Below, in pieces: positions 49,658-61,600 of a stretch of 64,000 bases of DNA. Location of the stretch: positions 10,145 through 74,144 of the forward strand of contig CADAQZ010000021.1 in the NCBI GenBank assembly GCA_902790175.1, written 5' to 3'. The DNA is from an uncultured Eubacteriales bacterium (GTDB lineage Bacteria > Bacillota > Clostridia > Christensenellales > Aristaeellaceae). The notes below the pieces were generated by a model. The model had not been told where the DNA came from and searched no databases. It saw only the letters and a program-made list of their open reading frames with translations. Position numbers and translations under genes: made by a program. Numbering within the stretch: the stretch's first letter is position 1; the number at the start of each line of letters is the position of its first letter.

Positions 49658-52600
49658 CCTGCCAGTCGCTGATCTCGCCGGTCGTGTCGTTGGTATCCTT
49701 GACCTTCTTCTCGAAGGTGGGCTTGGTCGCCAGCGCGTCCTGCACCAGGAGCACGTCCTCGCCGTTCTCCTTGCGGGTCTTGGTCGTGCCCTTGTCCACC
49801 GTGCCGTCCTCTTTGATCGAGAACGTGGTGTCGCTCGTCAGCTTGTAGCCGTCCGGAGCCACTTCCTCGTGCAGCGTGTAGGTCTCGCCGGTCTTGAGGC
49901 CCTTCACCTCGTGCGCCGTCTTGTCGGAAGTCCACTCATCGACCACGGCGCCCGTGCTGTCCTTGATCTGGATCTTCGCGCCTGCGAGCTCAGCGTCGCC
50001 AGCAACATCCACCTTCTTGACCTTCACGGAGGTCACCTTGTTGGTAAACGTTCCATTCTTCTCTCCATATACGGGCGTCGCGGTGATGGTGCCGTCGCCG
50101 TTGTCGACCAGCGTCACAGTAACCGTCTGCGGCTCCGTATCGTAGATCAGAGTCTTATCCTTGTTCGCGCCCGTGGGCACATCCTCGCTGATGGTGTAGG
50201 TGAGCGGGCTGTTGGCCACGTCGTCCAGTGTGTAATCGATCGCGTCAAACGTCACCGTGCCGTCCGCGTCGTTGGTCTTGGTCTGGTTGACGCCGTTGCC
50301 GGTCAGCGTGAAGGTGAACTCGTCGACCTTCAGGTCGCGGCCCTCCAGCACCTTCTTGGCGGTCAGCTGCACCTTGCCGGCGGCGGCGTAGGTGTTCTCA
50401 AACTCAGGCGTGGTGAAGCTCGCGTTGCCGTCATACTTCACGTCGAGCGTACCGTCGCTATTGTCGGTCACGGTCACCGTAACGGTCTGCTCATGCCTGT
50501 CGTAGGTCACGCCGTCCTTCGTGGGATTCGCAGCGGTCACGCCTTCCGGCAGCTTCTCCTTGATCTTGTAGGTAAAGGTCTTGCCGGCGTCGTCCAGGTT
50601 AGCCAGCTTGTACTCGATGGCTTTGAAGTTCGCGGTCTGGCCCTGCTTCACAGCCGCGCTGGTCTCAATCAGAGTCTCGCCGTTGTTATCGACCCTGTAG
50701 AGTTCGAACTCGAACGTCCTGTCGCCCAGCGTGGCGTCCGCCTTCTTCTTGGCGCTCAGCTTCGCAGTGCCGGTGGCCTCGTAGGTGTTCTCCACCTCCA
50801 CGGTCAGGTCGGTCGTCTGGGTTCTGTCAATCACCAGATTGCCCGTGCCGTTGTCATCCACCTTAATGGTGATTTCCTTGGCCGTGGTATCGTAGGAGAC
50901 GCCGCCCAGGCTGCCCTTCGTCTCGGTGATGGTGAACACATAGGTGCCCGCCTTGTTGAAGGTGATGTCGCCGAAGGTCGCCTTGTGGTCCGTCGTGTCT
51001 TTGCCGATCGTCGCCGTCTTCACATCCGGCAGATCCGCGCCGTTATCGGGATTGATCTTGGCAGCCAGCGTGAACTCGAAGCTGTCGCCATCTTTCCATG
51101 CGCGGCCGGTCAGCTCCTTGGTCACGCTCACCTTCTCCTTCACGGGCGCGGCGGTGTAGGTGTTCTCCATTTCAACCGCCAAATCGTCCTCGCTGGTGGT
51201 CACCACAAGCTGGCCCTGTTGGTCTTCCACATTGATGGTGACCGTCTTGACCGCCGCATAGTTAATGCCCTTTGTGTCGCTCGGCACAGTCTCGGTGATG
51301 GTGAACTTGTATTCGCCGTCATCCTCGAACAGGATCGGGCCAAATTCAACGTACTTGCTGGTCTTGGTCGCGCTCCCTTGCACCTTCGCGCTCGCCAGGC
51401 TCGCGCCATCCGGGTTGCTGCTGACAGCATCCAGCGTAAACTCGAAGCTGTCGCCATCCTTCCAGTCGCGGCCGGTCAGCTTCTTGGTGACCTTCACCTT
51501 CGCGGAGGTTCCGTTCACGCTGTAGGTGTTGTTGGCCGTCACGGTCAACTGATCGTCCGTGTTGGTCACGCTCAGCGTACCGTCGCCGTTGTCCACCACT
51601 TCAATGGTGATGGTCTTGGGCGTGGCATCGTAGGTGATGCCGTTCTTCTTGTGGGTGCTATCAACGCCGTCCGGTTCCGTCTCGGTGATGGTGAACTTGT
51701 AAGTCCCGGGCAGCGTGAAGGTGATGGTGCCGAAGGTCACGGTCTGGGCATCCTTCGTCGCCGACTTCACAAGGTCATTAGGCCCTGTCGGCATCGTCAC
51801 ACCGTCTTTGTTGTCACCACGCGCCAGCGTGAACTCGAAGCCGTCCTCCGGCCAGTGTCCATTGCCGTTGGTGAATACCTTGGTGGCCTTCACCGTCGCT
51901 TCAGTGCTGGTCACGGCGTACCAGTTGGTGAAGTCCGCCTCGTCCTTGTCGCCCGTGGGGATGCTGCCTTCCACGCTGCCATCATTGGCCGGCACAGTTT
52001 GCGTGAAGCCGCCGGGCAGGTTCGTCTCCTCGACCACATATCCCGTGCCCGCGGGCAGGTTCTTGATGGTCAGGGTCTTGCCGGCCTTGAGCTTGATGTT
52101 CTCGATCATGTTGTTCGAAACCGTCACGCTGGTCACGGTCGCGTTGCCGGTGTTCTCCGCCGGATAGGTGCCGTTCAGCGTCACGCCGTTGGTATTCACC
52201 AGCGTCACTTTGAAGGTGAACTCCGCGTCCGCGTTGGGCGTCAGGGCGTCGTTGGCCTTGATGACTGTCTTGGTGATCGCCAGTTCGCCGACGTCCTTGT
52301 TGTTGGTGAACTCGGCAGTCGGCACCGTCGCGGTTCCGTCCTTCTTGACTTCCACTTCCAGACCGTTGTTGCCGACCAGCGCAATGCCCTTGGCGGTCAA
52401 TGCCGTAGTGTTCTCGGTCACGGTGTAGTCGCCGGTGGGCAGGCCGGACACGACCACATAGTCGCCGTCGCGCGTCGCGGCAGCATCGTTCACCGTCGCG
52501 CTCTTCACCGCGCCGTTTTCGATGGTGATCTTGACGGTCTTTTCCGTGCCAGCGGTGTCGGTGTTGGCCTTGCCCGCCACGGTGAACTCGTACTCACCGT

Positions 52601-55600
52601 CCACGAGCTTGGTGTTGGTGCCCGCGCCGTTCACGGTGACAGACTTCTTGATCTTCAGGGAGCCGGTGTCGCGCGTGTAGGTATTCACGAACGCCGCGGT
52701 GGGAACCGTAGTCCCGGCGGCCGCCGCGACCGTGCCCTTCTCGCTGCCGCTGGCCACGGCCGAGCCGTTGACGGTGGTCTCGACGCTGTAGCCGTTCACG
52801 GTCATGCCGGTCTCGGTGAAGGTGACCTGCGTGCCCACGGGCAGGTCGTCGATCTGCCAGGTGTAGGGGCTGGCCATGCCGTCGGTAATCGTAAACTCCT
52901 TAGTCTTCGGGACTTCATCCACGGTGTACTTCGCGGTGATCTTGAAGCGCTCGGGGATGTCTACAGTTGCAGTGCCGAAGTTAAATTCCTTCGTCACCTT
53001 CACGCTGCCCAGCTGCTCGTTGATGAACTTCGCGTCGGCGGTGCCAGCGTTGATGTTGGTATCGTCCGCGGCATTCACCTTGTTGACCTTCAGAGTGCCA
53101 TCCCCGTTGTCCTCGAGGGTGACCTTGATGATCCTGGTGCTGTCGTCGTACTTGATGTGGTCCTTGACGTTGTTGGCGTCAACGCCCGTCCGATCCTCTT
53201 CCAGCTGGAAGTAGAAGGTCTGGGTCGTATCGTCGCCGTCTTTGTTCTTCACGAACACATCGCTAAAGCTGAACGTCGCCTTGCCGTCTGCATCAGTACT
53301 CTTTGTCGTAGTCGCAACCTTGGGCGTAACGCCCTCCGCCAGCGGTACAACATTACCGTCGTCATCAACATCCACCTGGGTCAGCTTGAAGCTGTAGCCC
53401 GCCAGGGAATCAGAAGCGGTTTTGTTCTTGATCGTCTTCTGGACCTCAAAGCTCAGACTGCCCTTGGCTTCATACTGGTTGTTGAAGTTCAAGCCAGTAA
53501 TCACCGAATTGGCAGCAGCAGCAGATGGCTGCCCGGTCGTTGAAGTATCACCGTCTACCGTCGTTACCGTCACAGAGCTCTTTAACTGGTCGCCAGCTCT
53601 CGTAATCTCGACCTTCAAGTGGTATTCCTTGGGGTCGATCGTCCAGCCGTTGCTTGGGCTCAGTGCTTTCTCTTTGACGACATAGTAGTGCGTACTGTCG
53701 ACAGTGTAATCACCGTACTCATAGACGATCGCAGAGAACTCGAAGCTCTGTCCTGCTTCGCCTTCGGCGATGTTGCCCGCCGTCCGCGTCTCTCTCGGCG
53801 TCGTGTTCGCAAGCGTATACTGCGCGTCCGTAGCATCATATAACTCAAACACGAATACCTGGTCGGTGATGCTTGTTCCCGCTATGGTCTTCTTGCCGCC
53901 GAACTTTACACTCGTAGACTTGGCACTGAAATTGTTTGTGACTAAGTTTGTGTTCTTTGACACATCTACGTCGATTATGCCGGATATATTCGAGTTGCTC
54001 AAACTGTATCCGGGGTCATTGATAACCTCGGTAACGGTGTATGTCGTTCCCGTAGGCAAATCCTTAACGACTATATACTGTCCGTCCTTGATCGCTATGC
54101 CGGTACTATTGAGATCGCTCGGAGTGATTGAGCCTTCGCTTTGTTTGGCATCAGAGCTATCATAGATCTCATAAGCAAAGAGATCCACGTTCACATTAAA
54201 TGTTACGTCCTCTGGGGGAAGCAACTGCACCTTAAATGTGAAGTCAACATCATCTGCGGTGTCGCCAAAGGCTACCGCGACGTGCTTCCTAATCACCAGG
54301 TCGCCCGTCTTGCGCTCATAGGTATTGGTGAACGCGCCCAGAGCATAGCCGGTATAGCCGTTCGCACCCTTCTTCGCAGCGGTCGCGGTCACACTGACCG
54401 CGTTGGTAGTGCCTCTCGCTTTGGTCGTGACTTCGAAGTCGCTGTTCTCATAGTTGGCTTCGGTGAAGGTCACTTTCGTTCCAATGGGCAGGTCTTCGAT
54501 CTCCCAAACCAAAGAGCCGCTGTAAGCACCATTGCTCAAGGTTGCCGTGGCGGAACCGCTCGTCGCGTTGTTGGCCTTCAGCACAGTCGGCTTGCCAGTG
54601 ACTGCGGGACTGTAGGCAACGTTGATCTGGAAGTTATCCGGCAGCTTCTTGATGCCGGTGAACGTCTTGGTCACCTGCACGCCGCCGAGCTGCTGGTTGG
54701 TGAAGGTGGCGTCGAGATCATTCTCCCCAATGGTGGCACTGCCAACCGTCTTGGTCACGGTCAGATTGCCGTCTTTGGCATCGGCAACCGTCACCTTGAT
54801 GATGACCTTATTGGTATCATAGGTGATGCCGTCCTTGGTCGGGTTCGCGGCGGTCACGCCGTCCGGCAGGACCTCCTCCAGCATGAACCAGTAATCGCCG
54901 GTGTCATTCTGGTCGGCGTTCTTGACAAAGCTCATGACCTCGGTGAAGTCCACCACGCCATCGGCTGCTGTCACGGTCTTGGTGACAGGCGTGAAGGTGG
55001 CAATGGCAGTTTCGCCCGTCCCATCGGTCACCTGCGTCAGCTTGATCTGGAACTCATGCTCGCTCAGGACGCCGTCTGTAAACACCTTCCTGGCCTTGAA
55101 GGAAACCTTACCGGTGGCCTCGTAGGCGTTCGTGAAAGCCAACTTGGCGAGGCCGCCCTTGGAGATGGTCGCTTCCTTCGTGCCGTCGCTGTTGGTGTAG
55201 CCGTCCGGATGCGTCTGCTCCACGACGGAGCACTTGGTGCCCACGGGCAGACCCTTGACGGTGATCTTCTCGCCCTTCCTCAGGGTGACGGTGAACTTGT
55301 TGGAAGCATCAACAGTCACAGTCGTCGTGGTTTCTGTGGTGCCAGACGTCTTGACAGCGTTGTAAGTCTCGTCCAGCGTCACGCCGGACGGCGTCGTCAG
55401 GGTCACCTCAAAGGTGAACCCCTTGGTATCGTCGTCGGTGCCGGTCACGGCCTTGCTGATCTCCAGGTCTCCAACCCAACTCTCGTTGATAACGTCGCCG
55501 CTCAGAGTAGTGAGGTCGGTATCCGGTGCCAGCGTCAGCGTGCCAGTCGTCTCATTGCCGGTGAGGGCGGTCAGGATGGCATTCCTGTCAGCAGGAATGA

Positions 55601-58600
55601 CACCCGTGGTATTATGGGCATCCCATGTATCCGTATGCGTCGCTTCCACGGTGAAGTAGATGGGATTCTCCAGGCCCTTGTAGCCCTTGGGCACGGTGGT
55701 CTCGGTCAGCTTATAGGTGCCGTCGTCCAGGCCGGTGAAGGTGAAGATGTAGCTATCGTTGCTGGACACGGTTGCCGTGTAGGTCTTGGCTGGGTCAAAC
55801 GAAGCGCCCTGCGCAGTCACCTTCTCCAGCGTGAAGGTCGCGCCGGACAGGTCGGCCTTGGTGTCCTTGTCGACCTTGTTGATAACCACCTGGTAGGTGA
55901 ACACGATGGTGTAGTCCCACTCGGTCTCTTCGGTGTTCTCGGTGCCGCTATCCTGTGCCTCGCCCTGGTCGTTCAGGTTGCAGTTGTTGCTGTACTCCAG
56001 CTTGGCCTTGTTCACGTTGCCCGTCTTGCCCAGGTTGGCATTCTCGTTCAGGGTCGCGGTGAACAGGACCTCAACCTCTGCCTCGTTCAGGTCGTCGGAA
56101 AGTGTGCCGGTGTACTTGCCCTGGTCGTCCTTCGCGGCTTCCCAGGTGAGGGTCAGCCTAAAGCCGTGCGCGCTGGTATCAGAGAGCATATAGCCCGTCG
56201 GGTTTGCATCGGTCTTCGGAGAGATGACCGTATCGCCCACCTTGACAGACGTGATGCCATTGGCCGCATTGAACGTCAGGCCCTCGTCCATCTCGTCGGT
56301 GAAGGTGATGTGGTACTTGTAGTAGTCGGACACGTTGTCCGCCAGCTTGGCGGTCAGCCTGTAGGGCACGTCGTCGCCGATGTCGTGGTCGGCGCTGTCC
56401 TGCCACTCGCTGTAGGCCGTGTCGGTGCTGTCGTTGATATCCTGGACCTTCTTTGTAAACTCCGGCTTCGTAGCCTCCGTGTTCTTCACGTTGCCGGTGA
56501 GGGTGGCATAGGTATTGTCCGCCGTAAACTCGGGCAGCGCGACAACGCCATCCGTCACAGTGCCGGTCAGTCCGGTCAGGACGCCCGACCTGGTGACATC
56601 CGCCACCGTGCTCGCCGTGCTGCCATTCTCAGGCACCCAATTGAGTTTGGCATCGCTCTCAGCTGTGTCGTGATGTGCTGCCGCCACAGTGAACTCGATC
56701 GGATCGATGCGCTTGTAGCCGTTGGGCACCTTGGTCTCGGTCAGGATGTACTTGCCGTCGTCGAGGCCCTTGAAGGTGAAGACATTTCCTGAGACGGATA
56801 CACGGTCAGCACCCGTGATCTCCTCCGTGGTGCCGTCCGCCAGCATCTTCTCCAGCTTGAACTCTGCGCCGGTCAGGGCCGTTGTGCCATCGTTTTTCAC
56901 CTTGTTCACTTCCACCTTGTAGGTGAAGGCGATGGTGTAATCCCAGTCGGTCTTGCCCTTGTCGTTGTCATTGGTGTCCTGCGCATGGCCCTGGCTGTCC
57001 AGGTTGCAGTTGTTGCTGTACTCCAGCCTGGCGCGGTTCACGTTGCCCTGCGCGCCGAGGTTGGCGTCCTTGTTCAGGGTCGCGTTGAACAGGACCTCAA
57101 CCACTTTGCTGTTCAGGCTGGTTCCAAGGCTGGTCTCGCCGATGGTCTTGGTGTATTTGGTTGCGTCGCTCTCGTCCTTCTCGCCTTCCCAGGTGAGGGT
57201 CAGGGTGAAGCCATTACCGGCCTTACTCAACACATAATTGTTGACTTCTGTGCCGTCCACCTTGACAGACGTGATGCCATTGGCCGTATTGAACGTCAGG
57301 CCCGCGTCCATCTCGTCCTCGAAGGTGATGTGGTACTTGTAGTAGTCGGACACGTTGTCGGGCAGGGTGGCCTTCAACTGATAGGGCACTTTGTCGCCGA
57401 TGTCGTGGTCGGCGCTGTCCTGCCAGTCGCTGTAGTCCGCGTCGGTGCTGTCGTTGATGTCCGCAATCTTCTTCTCGAAGGACGGCTTGGACTCATCGTT
57501 CTTCACGTTGCCGGTGAGGGAGCCCTCATCAAGGTCCGCGGTCAGTTCAAACGCACCCGTAGCCGTGTCGCCGTTCTCCAATCCGGTCAGGACGGTCGTC
57601 CGGTTAACCTCGGACAGGTCGTCTTTATTGGCAGTGTGCGTCGCTTTCACCGTGAAGGTGATCGGGGCGATGCGCTTGCAGCCGTTGGGCACCTTGGTCT
57701 CGGTCAGGATGTAATCGCCGTCGTCGAGGCCGGTGAAGGTGAAAATCGTACCTTCGTCGTTCTTGGTGGCAGTGAAGGTGTTGACCACGGTCGTGGGAGC
57801 GTCCGTCTTGACCTTTTCCAGCTTGAACTCTGCGCCGGTCAGGGCCTCAGTGTCCGTACCGTTCGCCGCGAGTTTCACCTTGTTCACAACCACCTTGTAG
57901 GTGAAGGCGATGGTGTAGTCGTATTTGGTGGTCTTCTCGTCCTTTTCCTGATCTACCTTGCCGTCTTCAACCTTCCAGTTGCTGCTGTACTTCAACCGGG
58001 CCTTGTTGATGTTGCCCGCGTTGCCCAGCACGGCATTGTTGTTCAGGGTCGCAGTGAACAGAACCTCAACCTTCGCGCTGTTCAGGCTCTCGGGCAACTT
58101 ATCATCATCGGTATACCCGTCCTCGGGCTTTTCCTTGCCCCAGTCAATGCGCAGGGTGAAGCCGTGTCCGTCATTCGCCGGGGTCAGCGTGTACTCGTTA
58201 GTCGCATAGGTCTTATTGCCCACCTTGACGGAAACCGAATCCTCGTCGAAGGTCAGGCCGTTCTCCATCTCGTCCTCGAAGGTGATATGATACTTGTAGT
58301 AGCTGGATACGTTGTTCGCCAGCGTGGCGGTCAACTGATAGGGCACGTGGTCGCCGATGTCATAGTCGGCGCTGTCCTGCCAGGGGCCATGAACCGTATC
58401 CGTGCTGTCGTTGATGTCCGCGATCTTCTTCTCGAAGGTCGATTCCTTGATCTTCTTGTTGATGATAGTGACCGTCCCTTCGCCAACGGTATAGCTGGTC
58501 GCGTAACCGTCTATTTCGGTCACCTCGTTAATCTTATACTCGATATCTTCGCCATCTTCGGTCGTTGTGGGCAGATTTTGAAACTTGTAACTCTGGGTTC

Positions 58601-61600
58601 CAGAATCCAATGTCACTTTGACATCTTTGTTCTCAGCATCCTTGACAGCTGTAAAATCGCCGTCACCCACTTTTTGCATCAGCTTGACTTCGACACTCTT
58701 TCCCTCAGGCCACTCAGCCGTCTTGCCGTCGGCGTCTTGCCACTGCTTTTCAACAATCAATTCAGTTTTCTCTGTAATATACTTATTATTATAGACCGCA
58801 GACTGAGTTTCATCCTTAACAATTGTTCCGGTGCTACCCGTACTGCCATTCTTCCGCCAGTGATCAATCTCCTCATTGCCGAAGTTCTTGCCATTGACAT
58901 GCGTCTCAATAATGCTGTAATTGGCGCCACTGGGAAGGCCGTCGATTTGGATGGTCTCGCCAGCATACAGCGAAACGCGCGCATAGCCATGTGAGAAAGT
59001 CACTGTTGTTGTCGTCTCGACACCATCCTTATCTGTGCGCGTAGCATCAAAGGTGCCGGAGACAGGGACAGTCCTTGTCGGCTCATCTTCCGTCGGGGCA
59101 GGCTGATTCAACTGAATCTCGAATGTAAAGGTAGCGTATTGCTGAGCGTCTTCGGGGTTTCCCTTGATCTGCTTTTTCAGAGACAGGTTGCCCTTTTCTG
59201 TAGCGTTTGTAAACGTCACGCTCTCATTGGGACCAACAGGCTCCGCGAAAGCTGTCGTCTTGTTTTCTGCGCTGTCAAAAGTTGACCAATCGAAGGATTT
59301 GTAATAACGCGGAGCACTTGCGACAACGTGACCGCCAACTCCGACATAGTCGATCACCGCATAGTACACCCGATTGTCAATTGTATAGGAGCCAACGGTG
59401 CTGCTCACCTTATTCGACTCACTGATGCTAAAGACATTCAGGCCGTTCTGCAGTTTAAGATCGCCTTCCCCTTCAGCCGTTGCTTTATAGGAGATGGCAG
59501 AACCATCGTTGTAGATCTTGCAGGGGGTAGACCAAACATTATTACCCATGTAGCGCGCGATGCTGAACTCAAACACCTGGCCTTTCGCCGCGGGCTTGCC
59601 GTCTACGGTTTTGCTTGCATTGATGAATGACTTATCTACATCCTCCAAGTCGGCATAGACATTGTGCCACTCACCTTCGTTGTATACAAAGCCATCAGAA
59701 ATCAGCCAACCGGCGCTTGTCTTGTCAATGTAGGTACGTGATTCAGGATTGCCGACCAGGAACGTGCCGCTGACCGTGTCAAGAACCACATTCTTTGCAT
59801 TGGGCATATTCCAAACGATATGCTGTGCAAGGTAGTCTGAGCGCGTATTCGTGTGAGATTCTTCTTCCAGCGAGTTGGCTGTGCTCGTGGCAGAATTACC
59901 ATTATATACTGGGTTGGTCGGATTCACAACTTCAACAATGTATTCACTCAGTGTTACATCGCCAGCGGTCGCAAAGTTGAATACAATGATCTGGTTCTCG
60001 CGCTTGCGGATTCGAATTTGCGTGCCGGGATACTGTGCCTTCAGCGCATCGCCGTCAACATAAATGGTTACATCATCGTCATACGCAGTCGCGTCGATGG
60101 TCACCTTGTCGTCGTACTTGGTCGGCGAAACATTCGCCGAATGATTCATCAGACTTCCGGAGACAGACTTCATGTGGCGGATGATTGGCTCCACAATGCT
60201 GCCCGCAACCTCGCTGGCAGACATTTCGACGGTATGAACCCAATCTCTCTTGGCTTTCTGTCTGTCGGCAGAATCCGTATAGAGCACAATCGTCTTATTC
60301 TCGTTGTTATGCGTGTTGCCGATTTCCACCGTGCCTTTATTGTCTTGACGAACGAGCTTCTGGCCATTACTGTCGACCTCGCCTGTGTATATCTCGTCCA
60401 GAGGAATAGTCGTCATATCCAAGCCATAACCGTCTGAGCCACCATCATTATAAACCACATAGTTGCCAATGGCGATACCGCCAGCGTTTTCGCCAGACAG
60501 ATTAGGATTGACGCCCTTGGTGTTGTCCTGATAGTTATTAACGGCGAAGTTGGACTGGAAATCACTTCCGCCCTGCTGTAGGCGATCCGCCGTGATGCCA
60601 TAGTTGATTCCGCCGCCCAGGATGGAACCGATGGTATAATCCTTGCTTGCGTAGTTCTTGGTCAACTCGATGACATCCGTGGTATAGTCCTTGTGGGCCT
60701 CGTCGTCCGACGCCGTTTCCCTCATGCCATAGTGCACCGAATAGGTCGCCAGAATATCGCCTTCCGCTATCTCCTGGCAATTGGTTTTGGCGATAGCGCC
60801 ATTGGCGTTGGTGTCATCGCGGCCTTTGATCAGGCGCGCAGTCACGCTGACCTCGTTGCCCGAGAACTTGTCAGCCACGTCGTGGCCATCGCCATCCTGC
60901 CAGTTGGGCACGGGAATATCGATGTACGGTTTCCCGTTATCGTTGGTCTTGACCTCGTAATCGCTGACCTTGACCTTCTTGAAGAAGTAGCTGTGATTGT
61001 CATCCGCGCCCTGCGTGGCATGCTCGACCGTCACCAGCAGGTACACATTGTCCGCATCCTCAAAGGCGCCTTCGGTGATCTCCGGGTCAAACTGGAGGCG
61101 CACCTGATAGGCCTGCTCATAGGAGCGGTCGATCTTAATGGTCGTGGTATTGGATTCGTTGTCGACGGGGCTTCCCTTGATCGCAAAGCCCACCAGGCTG
61201 TCGTTGACCTGATTGTTGTCAGTGATCTGGCCCCACGTATAGCTGCTGTCCGCCTCGATGATACGAACGTCAGTTACCGTCATATCGCTGTTGAAGGCGA
61301 TTCCGGAGGTGGGAATGCTCACCGCCGTATCCGCTTCACCGGGCTCCTGGAAGTTCAGCACCGGCACCGTGATGGTGGAATTCTCGCTAAAGCTGAAGGG
61401 CTTCAGCGCAATATAAGTCTTTTCAACGCCGTCGACGGTCTGCTTCGCCGTAACGCGCAGCATCTTGTTGCCGTTGTTCGTGGCAATCGGCACATAGTCC
61501 GTGGCACTGCTCGTGTAAGGCGTCGTCCCGTCATAGTCAAACACGTTGATGATCACGTTGTGGGAAAGGTTCTCTTTGTAGGAAAGAATGGTGGTATTGG

